Part shown: positions 25,304 to 36,900 of the stretch, piece by piece | Layout: each line of letters begins with the position of its first letter | How positions within the stretch are numbered: position 1 is the first letter of the stretch | Source: Tubulanus polymorphus | Taxonomy: Eukaryota; Animalia; Nemertea | Assembly (NCBI RefSeq): GCF_964204645.1 | Contig: NC_134028.1 | Location: 23,928,345 to 23,992,344 of the forward strand | Direction of reading: 5' to 3' | Length of the DNA stretch: 64,000 nt | Notes under the pieces: generated by a model | The model's input: the letters and a program-made list of their open reading frames with translations, nothing else | The model's database searches: none | Told to the model about the DNA's origin: nothing | Translations under genes and position numbers: made by a program

Positions 25304-25384
25304 ATAAACTTCCGGCGACATGAACGAATACGGACACCGGCTCGGACTGGTTGATCACAATCAATTCGATTTTATTTTATTGAC

Positions 25385-25575
25385 CTTTTTCACGCAACCG
25401 GCCAGTCAACGCTATGAATCTTTAAATATCTCAACCCGGCACGGTTAATTGCCCTATGTTCGGGCACTGACTTCCCTAGACGTAGACCCCACCACCAACC
25501 CCTCCCCCGGTTGAAAGCCTCAGGGTCCAAAGGTTGCGGCCGCTGGTCACGAAGCGCAAACCGCCGCGACACAAG
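25385..25575 (-). other. GC-rich island able to fold into a multibranch RNA structure (unidentified)
   Basis: Minus-strand stems CGCAACC/GGUUGCG, UGGACCCUG/UGGGGUCUA, AGUCAGUGC/GCGUUGACU, UUAACC/GGUUGA; several rely on G-U pairs available only on the minus strand. Confidence 0.35.
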
Positions 25576-26014
25576 AAATGATTGTTTCAATTAACTTTTA
25601 CAAAAATAAAGCAGGCGAATTTCTCCCAAAAATCAGCAGAATACTCAAAACAAAACAAATTTGATCTAAAATGTTTTTTGTAGAACCACATTCTAATAAT
25701 CCATTGGGAGAATAAAAAGTTCATAGTATCCGTAATACTCATAAATATCACTAAAATAATATTGTATGTATATATTAGACATTGTATTACTTCTCTCTCT
25801 CCTTTTATTGTTTTTCTTTTATTGCACATCCTTTTTGTTTTTTGTCTGTTTGTTGTTATTGTTGTTTTTCTTCATTCACAATCTTATACTTAGGATTTAT
25901 GATGAACAAATTGAAATTTAAATTTAAATTGAACGTCCGATTTTGAAACATATTTTTCGTTTTTAACGGTTAACGGGTTGACGTATCTCGTGATATCGAT
26001 TGTTTTTGTCCATT

Positions 26015-27226
26015 TCAACATTTATAGCTACTCAACAAAGCTTTCCATATTTGCATAAGATCACGTGGTTTGTATCTAGTAGCAGTAATTTTGGTGCCGT
26101 TGACGATCTCACATTTTGTCGCCCTTGTGCCGCCAATGTTTGTAAAGCCCTTATGGAAAACTAATTGAATTTTAGCAATCTTAGCACAAACGCCAGTAAT
26201 GTACGCGTCTTCGATGTTAAATATGGCCACGTGGAGGGATACGTCATACAAAATACTAGCGACCTCTAGTGACATAACGTAAGCGTTTCCGGACACGTAC
26301 CGCGGGTACTTAGAAAACGGAAAGCTCGACTTTGGAACGGCCCATTTTCCAATTCTCATCACGGGTCCCCCGGATAGAATATGACCCACTATCGAATTAT
26401 TCAACTGTTTTTCCTTCGTTTCTAAGTACTTCATGAGGTCGTGAATATTGACAAACATATCGTCATCGCATTTCATCAGAAATCGAGCACCCGAACAGTT
26501 CCGAGCCAATTTCAACGCCATTATTGACTTCAACGTTAGATTTACGTAACTATCATAAAAATCCTCTTGAATTAAGTCGTTATATTGAGCATTTTCCGAA
26601 CGAAGTTGAGTTTCGTATTCTTTATTATCGGTGATTCCCAGTAGAAAAAACAAACTTACGGTTTTGCTAATAGTTCTATTGTTTGGCCACCGATTCGGTT
26701 GACCCGTCGCTACACTGCCCCAGGTTTTGCGTATGGAATCCCTGACATCTCTTGCCGCAGGCCGTGAAAGAACGAATATCAATAAATAAGGAGGATTATT
26801 CGAATTACAAATCGGCGTCTGAATGCGATAGTTGAAGTCATGAGGATTAACAATCGCTGCATTCAGTTTGTAGTATTCCTTTTCGGTCATATTTTCGACG
26901 GAAAATATGTTCGGCTGCTGTTTCGTAATTTTTACCGAAGGAACTGTCGGCATAGGCCGCTCATTCTCTGTCGTTGTCTCGTTTGAAGATGCTGATTTTT
27001 CCGTCGTCAATATGTCGCTGGTTGCTTCGTCACGGTTTTTAGAGATGAATTTCCTGCTTAGTTTCGAAGGTGAACATTGCCGCATGAAGTAGATGTCCAT
27101 TACGATACAGAACAACAATATTCCCACCAGTAAATGATGATATTTAAACATATTCAAATTACCAGTACCGAAACTAACAATCCTTTGAGTTAATACAACG
27201 TGTTCGTTTGAACCCGTTCTGTCCAT
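26015..27226 (-). CDS. Intronless GT31 beta-1,3-galactosyltransferase-like protein, copy 1
   Basis: Type II signal anchor, Ser/Thr-rich stem, R..IRKTWG, DLIQEDFYDSYVNLTLKS, MKCDDDMFVN (DxD), YPRYVSGNAYVMS, EDAYITG. Alternative start at ATG 27151 (MFKYH), which is shared with copy 2. Confidence 0.92.
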   Translation of the reverse strand: MDRTGSNEHVVLTQRIVSFGTGNLNMFKYHHLLVGILLFCIVMDIYFMRQCSPSKLSRKFISKNRDEATSDILTTEKSASSNETTTENERPMPTVPSVKITKQQPNIFSVENMTEKEYYKLNAAIVNPHDFNYRIQTPICNSNNPPYLLIFVLSRPAARDVRDSIRKTWGSVATGQPNRWPNNRTISKTVSLFFLLGITDNKEYETQLRSENAQYNDLIQEDFYDSYVNLTLKSIMALKLARNCSGARFLMKCDDDMFVNIHDLMKYLETKEKQLNNSIVGHILSGGPVMRIGKWAVPKSSFPFSKYPRYVSGNAYVMSLEVASILYDVSLHVAIFNIEDAYITGVCAKIAKIQLVFHKGFTNIGGTRATKCEIVNGTKITATRYKPRDLMQIWKALLSSYKC

Positions 27227-28844
27227 CGAAGTCGGAGTTTTAAAAGCGTAAATGTTATTTCAAAATCGTTCACCAATCTGCGTTGACAGAGCTGCAAGCT
27301 TTAATTTGATGTTTGAATATAATCAAGGATTTGCGAATGGTGACAGCCAGTAGCGGTCACACAGATGGCTAGAAATCGATCTGAAAACAGGGGGTGTCTA
27401 ATGTAACGAGTTACTCTGTCCGTTAGTTATCCGTCAAAACCAGATTCTATATACAATAGACTGTATACTCGTATAATATCCATTATTCACTGTATATTTT
27501 CCTATCACAAGACAGTGCTATAAGGCTTCAAATGGCATTTTACTTTACTGCGTCTTCAGCACAAAATCCAGAAATATCCTTATTCAAATATTCCGCCTTA
27601 TTTTCTCCTATTTATTTGTTCCTGTCACGATACGAAATATCCCTCGATTTGGAAGAACCCAGTTCGCATCTTTCGATTCTTGCACCGCCATTCTCCAACT
27701 TCCATAAAGCTCCCCAAATTGCATCTTTGATGATTGACAACTACTCATTTTCATATCAACAGCGATTGTAACAACAAGCAACTGGCATGGCCGTCCATAA
27801 TTCCGTAAATCATGCCCTTCGCTTCGAGTCAACTTCTTTTTTAAGGCGAGGAATCATTCGACGCGATACCTGAACTGATTTTTCACACACGTCAATATTA
27901 CGACACGAACAACCACGTGGCACATTACGACTGAAGCCCGCGAGTAAACAACGATAGATAATAAACGAGAAGAGAAAAAAATCATGTATTCATTTCAATG
28001 AAATTAAACGCGTTACAAAAAAGTCGATACAATTCTTTACAGCATTACGCGCAACCAGGCCTGGAACTGTATCTATACGGTTCCAGATCTGTAGTCTATA
28101 GACGAAAGACGCATAGGAACAATCATCGTCGACACCTCGAAAGAAACCGTTAGTAATTATAACGATGCGGTCATAGAAATCAATTTTCGCTATGATGTTC
28201 CACAAAGACAAATATTATAGGCGCACTACCGCTAAAATGCACCAATTGTCTTTGTTGACGAAATAGAATAGGGACACTCAAAAATTTAATGGACTAGAAC
28301 AAGTCCACAAGCCCCCTGGGTCCGCCACCGGGCTTTTCAGACTTGATGCTAAAACATATGTATAAATTGGTTCGCTGACCTTTACAATGTTGATTTAAAA
28401 CATCTAAAGCAGCGATCAGAAATTCGTTCGCTAATACAATTTACGAATTCATGACAATGAATATTGGATGGTCACACCCTGTCCGCAAGTGATAAGCAAC
28501 ATTTAACTGATAGAGATGAACCCAGTTTTACAGGTAAGGAATTCAGATAGATTCCATGTTCATCCTCTTTTCGGCATGTAGAAACTCAGAATCGGTAACA
28601 ATTACAATTAGAATCGAACCTAGGGTAGCCCTGGACCCAGTTCTACAATTAAGAATAACGGTTAAGTTTAGTTAAGTTCGAATTGTTGAACACAATGGAA
28701 AAATGAAGTAAACAATTGCAATAATACCAAAAATTTGAGGTTCACTTTTTCATGAAACTGGACCCTTTATTCTATTCTATCGCGATGTACTCAAAAGATC
28801 TATTCTGATTTTAGTTCGGTGAAAATCCGACAGATGACGACATT

Positions 28845-29165
28845 CCCGAAAATAAAGTAAACTGTCTTTAAAATTCATCTATAAATTCATAACCGTTTGA
28901 AGTTACTTGTAAGTTAGTTAATTAGGTAACGTAATTACTTTTGGACTATATATAGAAACGACTGTTTTATTCTCTGATTCCGACGGGATTTAGCGGTATT
29001 TCAGGTTGGCCAGGTATCTCTGGTTGGCCAGAGAAAATACAGTCGTTTCAATATAAGTTCAATAAACTTGGACAAATAATTACGTTGCGTGATTAACCAG
29101 TTCACGAGTAATTTGAACAGGTAAAGAATTCACGAATGTGTCTTGTTTATTTTCATTTCGAGCGG
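28845..29165. repeat. Degenerate foldback between the two GT31 genes
   Basis: gaaacgactgttttattctc vs gagaaaatacagtcgtttc, and gttaattaggtaacgtaatta vs taattacgttgcgtgattaac, are inverted about a centre near 29000. Confidence 0.65.
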
Positions 29166-30089
29166 GTTTCAAGTTGTTCTTTAAAGGTTAAAAGGTTTTG
29201 ATTTTCGCCATCTATCGAATTTTCCATCAACTAAACATACAAAAAAATCTTTCTATATAGATTGCGATAGAAATTTCTATATATACAACACAAGAAATAA
29301 CTTTTACAAAATTTAAGCTACAAATTTCTCCCAATAAATTCAGCACAATACTCAACAAAATGGCCTTGTCTTTAGAACTGATGAGACTGATTTTGACGAA
29401 ATCTTTGTACACGCTTCCTGAAAGAACGATATTTAAACCAGTACTAAGGCAGAAACCTGTTGTGGCTGCTTTGCAGCTATATTTATCATTGTTTTGTTTC
29501 CTCACGGGCTTCAGTCGTAACCTGCCACGTGGTTGTTTATCTTGTTATGTCGACGCGTTATATGATTCAGCATTTTAAAAAAGATGTTAACTCGAAGCGA
29601 TGCGTGATTGATTTGCATAATTCCTGGACGGCCATGTCAGTTGCTAGTTGCTACAACCACGAGTAGTTGTCAATCGTCAAAGAGGCAATTTGGGGAGAGC
29701 TCTATTAAGGAACTAACTGGAGAATGGTGGTGCAAGAATCGAAAGTACGCGAACTAAGATCTTCCGAATCAAGGCATCTTTCCGCATCGTGACATAAACA
29801 TCCAGCAAAAATAGGAGAAAACGTAGCACGACGGAATCTATTAGGATATTTCTGGATTGTCGAAGACTATAAAGCGACAAAGACTAAAACGACGGAAAAC
29901 GCGTTTAACATTTTTATCATTCAGGGTGAAAACGAATTACGAACGACGTATTGCATATATAAAACTTACAGTGACGTGCATGGAATGTGAAGTTTGAACA
30001 GACCATATATTGGCAAATTAACTGCCGTGTATAGCTCGGGTTTTCATAAAATTCAAAGGATTGTTAGTTTAGGTACTGGTTATTTGAAT

Positions 30090-31208
30090 ATGTTTAAATA
30101 TCATCGACTGATTGCTGGAATATTGTTGTTGTGTTTCGTTATGAACATCTACTTCTGGCGGCAATATTCGTCTTGGAAACTAAGCAGGAAATTCATCTCT
30201 AAAAACCGTGACGAAGCAACCAGCGACATATTGACGACGGAAAAATTAACGACGGAGAATGAGCGGCCTATGTCGACAGTTCCTTCGGTTAAAATTACGA
30301 AACAGCAGCCCAACAAATTTTCCGTCGAAAATATGACCGAAAGGGAATATTACAAACTGAATGCAGCGATTGTTAATCCTCATGACTTCAAATATCGGAT
30401 TCAGACGCCGATTTGTAAATCGAATAATCCTCCTTATTTACTGATATTCATTTATTCACGGCCTGCGGCAAGAGATGTCAGGGATTCCATACGCAAAACC
30501 TGGGGCAGTGTAGCTACGGGTCAACCGAATCGGTGGCCAAACAATAGAACTATTAGCAAAACCGTAAGTTTGTTTTTTCTACTGGGAATCACCGATGATA
30601 AGGAAAACGAAACTCAACTTCTTTCGGAAAGTGCTCAATATAACGACTTAATTCAAGAGGATTTTTATGATAGTTACGTGAATCTAACGTTGAAGTCAAT
30701 AATGGCGTTGAAATTGGCTCGGAACTGTTCGGGTGCTCGATTTCTGATGAAATGCGATGACGATATGTTTGTCAATATTCACGACCTCGTGAAGTACTTG
30801 GAAACGAAGGAAAATCAGTTGAATAATTCGATAGTGGGTCATATTCTATCCGGGGCACCCGTGAGGAGAATTGGAAAATGGGCCGTTCCAAAGTCGAGCT
30901 TTCCGTTTTCTAAGTACCCCCGGTACGTGTCCGGAAACGCTTACGTTATGTCACTAGAGGTCGCTAGTATTTTGTATGACGTATCCCTCCACGTGGCCAT
31001 ATTTAACATCGAAGACGCGTACATTACTGGCGTTTGTGCTAAGATTGCTAAAATTCAATTAGTTTTCCATAAGGGCTTTACAAACATTGGCGGCACCAGG
31101 GCGACAAAATGTGAGATCGTCAACGGCAGCAAAATTACTGCTACTAGATACAAACCACGTGATCTTATGCAAATATGGAAAGCCTTGTTGAGTAGCTATA
31201 AATGTTGA
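30090..31208 (+). CDS. Intronless GT31 beta-1,3-galactosyltransferase-like protein, copy 2 (372 aa)
   Basis: First in-frame ATG at 30090 (the track start at 29994 is TTG); same catalytic motifs as copy 1; 18 bp shorter in the stem (KLTTENE vs KSASSNETTTENE). Confidence 0.92.
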   Translation: MFKYHRLIAGILLLCFVMNIYFWRQYSSWKLSRKFISKNRDEATSDILTTEKLTTENERPMSTVPSVKITKQQPNKFSVENMTEREYYKLNAAIVNPHDFKYRIQTPICKSNNPPYLLIFIYSRPAARDVRDSIRKTWGSVATGQPNRWPNNRTISKTVSLFFLLGITDDKENETQLLSESAQYNDLIQEDFYDSYVNLTLKSIMALKLARNCSGARFLMKCDDDMFVNIHDLVKYLETKENQLNNSIVGHILSGAPVRRIGKWAVPKSSFPFSKYPRYVSGNAYVMSLEVASILYDVSLHVAIFNIEDAYITGVCAKIAKIQLVFHKGFTNIGGTRATKCEIVNGSKITATRYKPRDLMQIWKALLSSYKC

Positions 31209-31573
31209 AATGGACAAAAACATTCGATAGCACGAGATAAAATAATACTGCGGTTTTTTAGTACGTTAACCATTGAAAATGCAAAAGAAACGTTTCAAAT
31301 TCGGACTTGCAACTTTCAACGCATATACATCAATCGATATTTGTCACTGTTGTTTTATCGCAGTCAGTATCTGTATTTGTATATTTTGTTGTGTCAACAC
31401 TACTTCATTAATTCACGCGTAATTACTCGTCAATTAATCGTACAAATTAAATAAATGAATAAAAAACATTTTAGATCAACTTTTGATTCGACTTGTTAGT
31501 GTTGTGTTGAGTGTTGTACTGAAATTGTTTGGGGGACATTTGTCTGATCCAATTTTAATGCCCCCTTATCGGA

Positions 31574-31805
31574 TTCAATGTTAAGATCGCGTAACTATCA
31601 TAAAATCCTCTTGAATTAAGTCGTTATATTGAGCACTTTCCGAACGAAGTTGAGTTTTGTTTTCTTTATCATCGGTGATTCCCAGTAGAAAAAACAAACT
31701 TACGGTTTTGCTAATAGTTCTATTGTTTGGCCACCGATTCGGTTGACCCGTAGCTATACACTGCCCCAGGTTTTGCGTATAAAATCCCTGGCATCTCTCG
31801 TCGCA
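31574..31805 (-). pseudogene. ~230-bp internal fragment of the GT31 gene
   Basis: Aligns to 26529-26759 in the same orientation and antisense to ~30465-30694; carries small indels (gctatacactg vs gctacactg); no start or stop context. Confidence 0.9.
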
Positions 31806-33148
31806 TGTGTATATATATATATTTCATCCTAAGATTGCCGTTTTGAGTCCATAACATACTTTAGCGTATTCACGTTAAAAAGTTAACTTTCATCCGGGAA
31901 GCCACGTTGATTAAACGAGTTGAAAAGTATAGCTGAAATCCGCCCATTAGCAACGGGAGTACCCAGCGCACCGGTTCAGCATCTCGATGGCTAAAATTCG
32001 TATCGAAAATCGTATCGTATCGTTTTGCAATACACGAGGAAGGCGAAGTGTCGCGTTTTGATTTGCTGGACGTTGGCGGTTCAATCCACGATTGTAGAAT
32101 TAAATGCATGCACCGGGTAGTTCCAGCTGAGACTATAATCACCAAACAGGTATCTGAAAATATAATCCGCCAATATTGGACTGATTAAATCTTACCACGG
32201 ACGTACCGACATACTGAGTTTCCACAACCACAAATTTTGGTCCCTATCACTACATCGTGCACGAGTAAGAGTGATAATTGACTTCTTAAAAAGAAAGAAC
32301 AATTTAATCTATTCGTGAAATGTATTACTACAATGTAATCCGATATACAGGTTTATAACTAAATGCTCGAAGTCATTACAAATTAAACTTGTGCTTATGC
32401 TCCTTCCTGGGACCAGTTGCTCAAAAGTTGCACAGAGCTAACCAGTGGATAAATGCCGTTTATTGTTACCATATGGTATTTGTCCACCAGTAACTCAAAA
32501 AATCAACTTTTGAGCAACCAGCAGAGAATTAGCACAAGTTTGATAAAATAATGAAATTCCAAAGACCAAAGTTTATCTACACAGAAATCTCATAATGATA
32601 TATCAGCATTTAATAGCATTGGTGCAACTATAGCAAGAACTGATTATAAAACGTGTGCACATTTTAATCGTCTGAAAATAAAACGACCTATATCTCGAAA
32701 CTAGTTCCTTTCAAAGAGTTTTTCCGGACCAGGGCGCTGACAGTACATCACGCACTGCACGGATATTTCAATGTATTTTAACTTCCTCATCTGCGATTGA
32801 CGTCAATTGTGTTCTGTGTATAGTATATATACCCGCAACAACTCTATTCGTCGTCAAAGTGTACAAGAAGCAAGCCATGTTACCGTCCGAAAGAGTCTTT
32901 CTGAACTGTTGTTTGTACCATAGACGTGGTATCGTTGATGGCAAACACAAACCGGATAAGAAGGTAAGAGGACAGACATCGTAGAGTTCAGATTCATATA
33001 CGTTCCTTCCACTAACGGCTTATACAGACTGGTCCGCTTATTTTTTAGTTCATTCCGAATATAATTGTCCGGGGTGTGACCGGTATTATATATATTATCA
33101 CGAGTTATCATAATATAATATGGACTAAGATTGCTTTTATATGAGTCT

Positions 33149-33380
<232 letters not shown>

Positions 33381-33900
33381 TCGGATACATCATAAGTTTC
33401 ATACACATCAGGAAGCACCAAACCATCGTCTATTTGATACATTTATTTAAACTAAATCGTTATTCATGAAATAATAATAATCAACGCGAGAAATCCTACT
33501 ATAAATATATATATATTTTTGCGCAAATATATATATATATATACTTTTCTACTCAAGTTTCTCGTTTTTGCTGTATTTATTGTGGGATTTCTCGCGTTTG
33601 TTCATCATACACGGATATTGTGTTTTCTACTCGTCTCATTATTTATCATCAAATTTGGAGAGGAATTGATATCTAATTTCTGATTCTGGGGCTGTGGGCG
33701 AGCATTGCAATGAATAAATCAGGTATATTTTCAAAATGATATATGATACAAAGACACGACATAAATATGGTCTATTGAAGCGTTGGCGCCCCCTCATAGT
33801 CATCAAAATTCGATTCGCATTTTAGAATCATGAATTCGAGAGGGAAGTTTCAGTACATAAAACCCACAACCGAAATTCGCGGAAATTGTTGATTTCACGA

Positions 33901-36900
33901 ATGACGCGATTTCACGAAATACAAAAAAAAACCTGTACTATACGAAAAGATAAAACACTTCGTACACCAAGATAGAACAGAAAAACAAACTAAAAAAGGA
34001 ATGTTCCCGACAGTAAGCGCCCACGTCTTGCGTATAATATATACATGTTTCAACATTTCAAGCTCCTGACCATGATAGTGAATTGTTGACCACCTACAAA
34101 CCGTCTAGTTATAAACTGTCTAGAAACCTTTGTTCGGCACATGGAATTCACGAAAATTGTTTTAACTTGTTCAAATTTGGATCCGTAGGGTTCTCCGTTC
34201 ATGATCCTTCACTTTGGAACTCTCACGAATTATCCCGATGCTTATCTCTTGGCTTGTTTAGCTCCCATCTCATAACAATTTTGTTCCATGCAGCATCATT
34301 GAACTCTCAATTGAAGTATTTTAAAGGATACTTGCGCTTTATAAATTTCAATTATTATCATCATTGATAATCATCAACATACCAAATATACATATGAAAA
34401 TTCACTATTATAGAATCTTTTTTCTCATTATTTTAGCGAAATATCGTTTTCGGTCAAAATTCAAAGGGCATAAAAGGTTTGTGGAATTTATATTGTATAT
34501 TGCTAATGATGATATCGCTAAAAATGATTGGAAAGTTTGATTCGGCTTCGAGCCTAAATTGTTCGTTTTTTCATCCTTCAGACACGCAGATATATTTCAT
34601 CAAGTTTTTTAAGGGCGATGCAGCAAAACAAGACTGCAAAGCAAAGATTGTCTTTCCGCGACAGAACTTTTGTGGAATCACGGAATGGGTCGAGGCAAAA
34701 ACGAAACAATCGAGGTTTTCGTACACTGCCATCTTTACCAAAAACTCAGATCCATTCGTTATATATTCGCATTGTGGGTCTCTGATCGAATCCAATGATC
34801 ATAAAAGTTTGATCGCAAAAATTCGAAGGGAAATGTCTATGAACGACCGAGAAGTTGTATGTAAGTATGCTACAGTTTCTGATAGTAATCGGTCCAGAAA
34901 GAATCCAAACGATATTTCATCTATACGGTTTGACCTTCTATCGGTTAACGATTAATTTAAAAAAAAGTATTTTATCTAGATATCAACCGTAGCATATGAC
35001 TATACCATCATTGGAATTTGTGAAAATAAGGATGTGAAGTTTTGCATTGAGCAGATCGCCTGGTGTTTTTTACAGATCAATCATGGGATGTATGTCAAGG
35101 AGATAACTCAAATTCAACTCATTATCAACTTCATTTAACACCGTACAATCTTGCGTTGACAAACACGAATAATTACAATATAGACCATCACTCGTGGGTA
35201 ACGTTTGTCTGGAGTTTAGGAGACATACAACAAGTAACTCAAGAGGAGACAACTATCCGTTTCACTTGCATACGCAACCTTACAACTAAAGGTGAGTGTA
35301 TATACTTAGTACGGTCCAGCCTCGACTCCAACCTTACACCAACCACTTCGAGAAGCGGGCCCGTAATTCGAGAATTAAGTAAGTGCCACGTGCTTTTCTC
35401 TACAGATAAATCGGATTGTGATATTGTTCCACAAACATCTACGATGAGACTTATAGCAATAGGACGAGACGACGGAGCAAAGTGCATCATCGACTCAATT
35501 CATAAAGCACAAAAGCATTTCCGTCAACAAGAGAAGCACCGAATACCAACTGCGCAGTACCACTTCGGGCCAGTGAAGGAAAACAGTCATCAGGATCCGC
35601 AGCAGGCTCAAGCCGCCACTTCTAAACAGCATAGCAAGCAACAGGGACTAATTGCACAAGCGGCAATTTGTGCAGACGACTTAGTTGGCGCTGCGACCGC
35701 TTCTTACCGAAATGCAATTCCAGAAGTTCCTCGGAAATGTCCCGGTCGTATTCACTTGCCAGAAAAACCGGCTCAAAAAACCTCAAATACCTCGTGCGCG
35801 ACTAAAAAAGTGAAACCACTTCCCGAAGTGCCTGGTCCAGCGGAAAGCGTCAAAATACCGCCAATACCGCCAGCACCGGCAAATACCACACGACAGGAAT
35901 TCGTTACAAATCAAGTGATTAAACCAAAAGTAACACAAAGAACTAAAACTCGCGATCAAAGCAGTGCCCAAGTTCATGAAAACGTCGAATTGAAAAAACA
36001 GTGTCCTCCAGTTCCACACCCATTGATCCTCAAAAAGTCTCAGTCAATTGATGATTCTGTTCACGAAAGAGTGAAAATACCAACCACGAGAAAACGTTCG
36101 TTTCCACAGGACAATCAATCTCAGGCGATGCCCGACGTGAGAGTGTTACTACGGAATAACCAGGCCGATCGGGCGACAAGGAAAAGTTCCGTTCGCAAAA
36201 GCGTCGTAGCTATCAAAGCGATGCAGAATCGCCGGTCGTCGTCTCTGGACTCAATCCATGACAAAATCGACGAAGAGAAACAATCGCCTTTTGTTGATAT
36301 TTGTCCGAGCAAACAGCAGCAATCGCAACTGAAATACGCCATCGACAAATGCATTAAAGCGGCTCATATTATTAAAGCTATTAAACAAGAAGGATATACT
36401 AAAGAAGATAAAGCAGGACTACCGCCATATTTGAAAGACATATTCAAAGAAATGGCTGAATTGTAAGTAAACGGTTTAAAACCCCTCGATCGATTGAATG
36501 AATAAAGAAATAATTTGTTATGACAATGGACCCCGAGTGACACGCATGCCCATGATAAATGTTAGTATTTTTCTAAATCATCAGCTACGACGCAGACCTC
36601 CTACCCTCAGCAGTGGACAAAGGATGCATCAGTGGCTGGGACCCGGTAAGTAACATTAACGGCTGCTGTAGGGCTGCAGCGGGTTTCAGGCCGGTTGGAT
36701 CCAGCAGGGATGAACTTGAGTACGCACGAAAAAGGCATTCCGTTGAATAGGCAAAGTATGCACACAAAGCGAGTGTCGTAGGTGCGATGTCAAAACTTGT
36801 ATGTGAAAAGTTTTTGAAATTTTAATGAATGCAATTTCCAGGCACAATGCGAGGGGAAAACTGCGCTTGTGCTCCCGCCTGGAGTTAGTGTGATATAAAA

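Noticed and set aside
25365-25575. Telomerase RNA, RNase P/MRP, Y RNA or U4atac identity for the GC-rich island
   Set aside because: No CUAACCCU template, no matching CR-I/CR-V pair at proper spacing, no Y RNA 5' stem, no Sm site.
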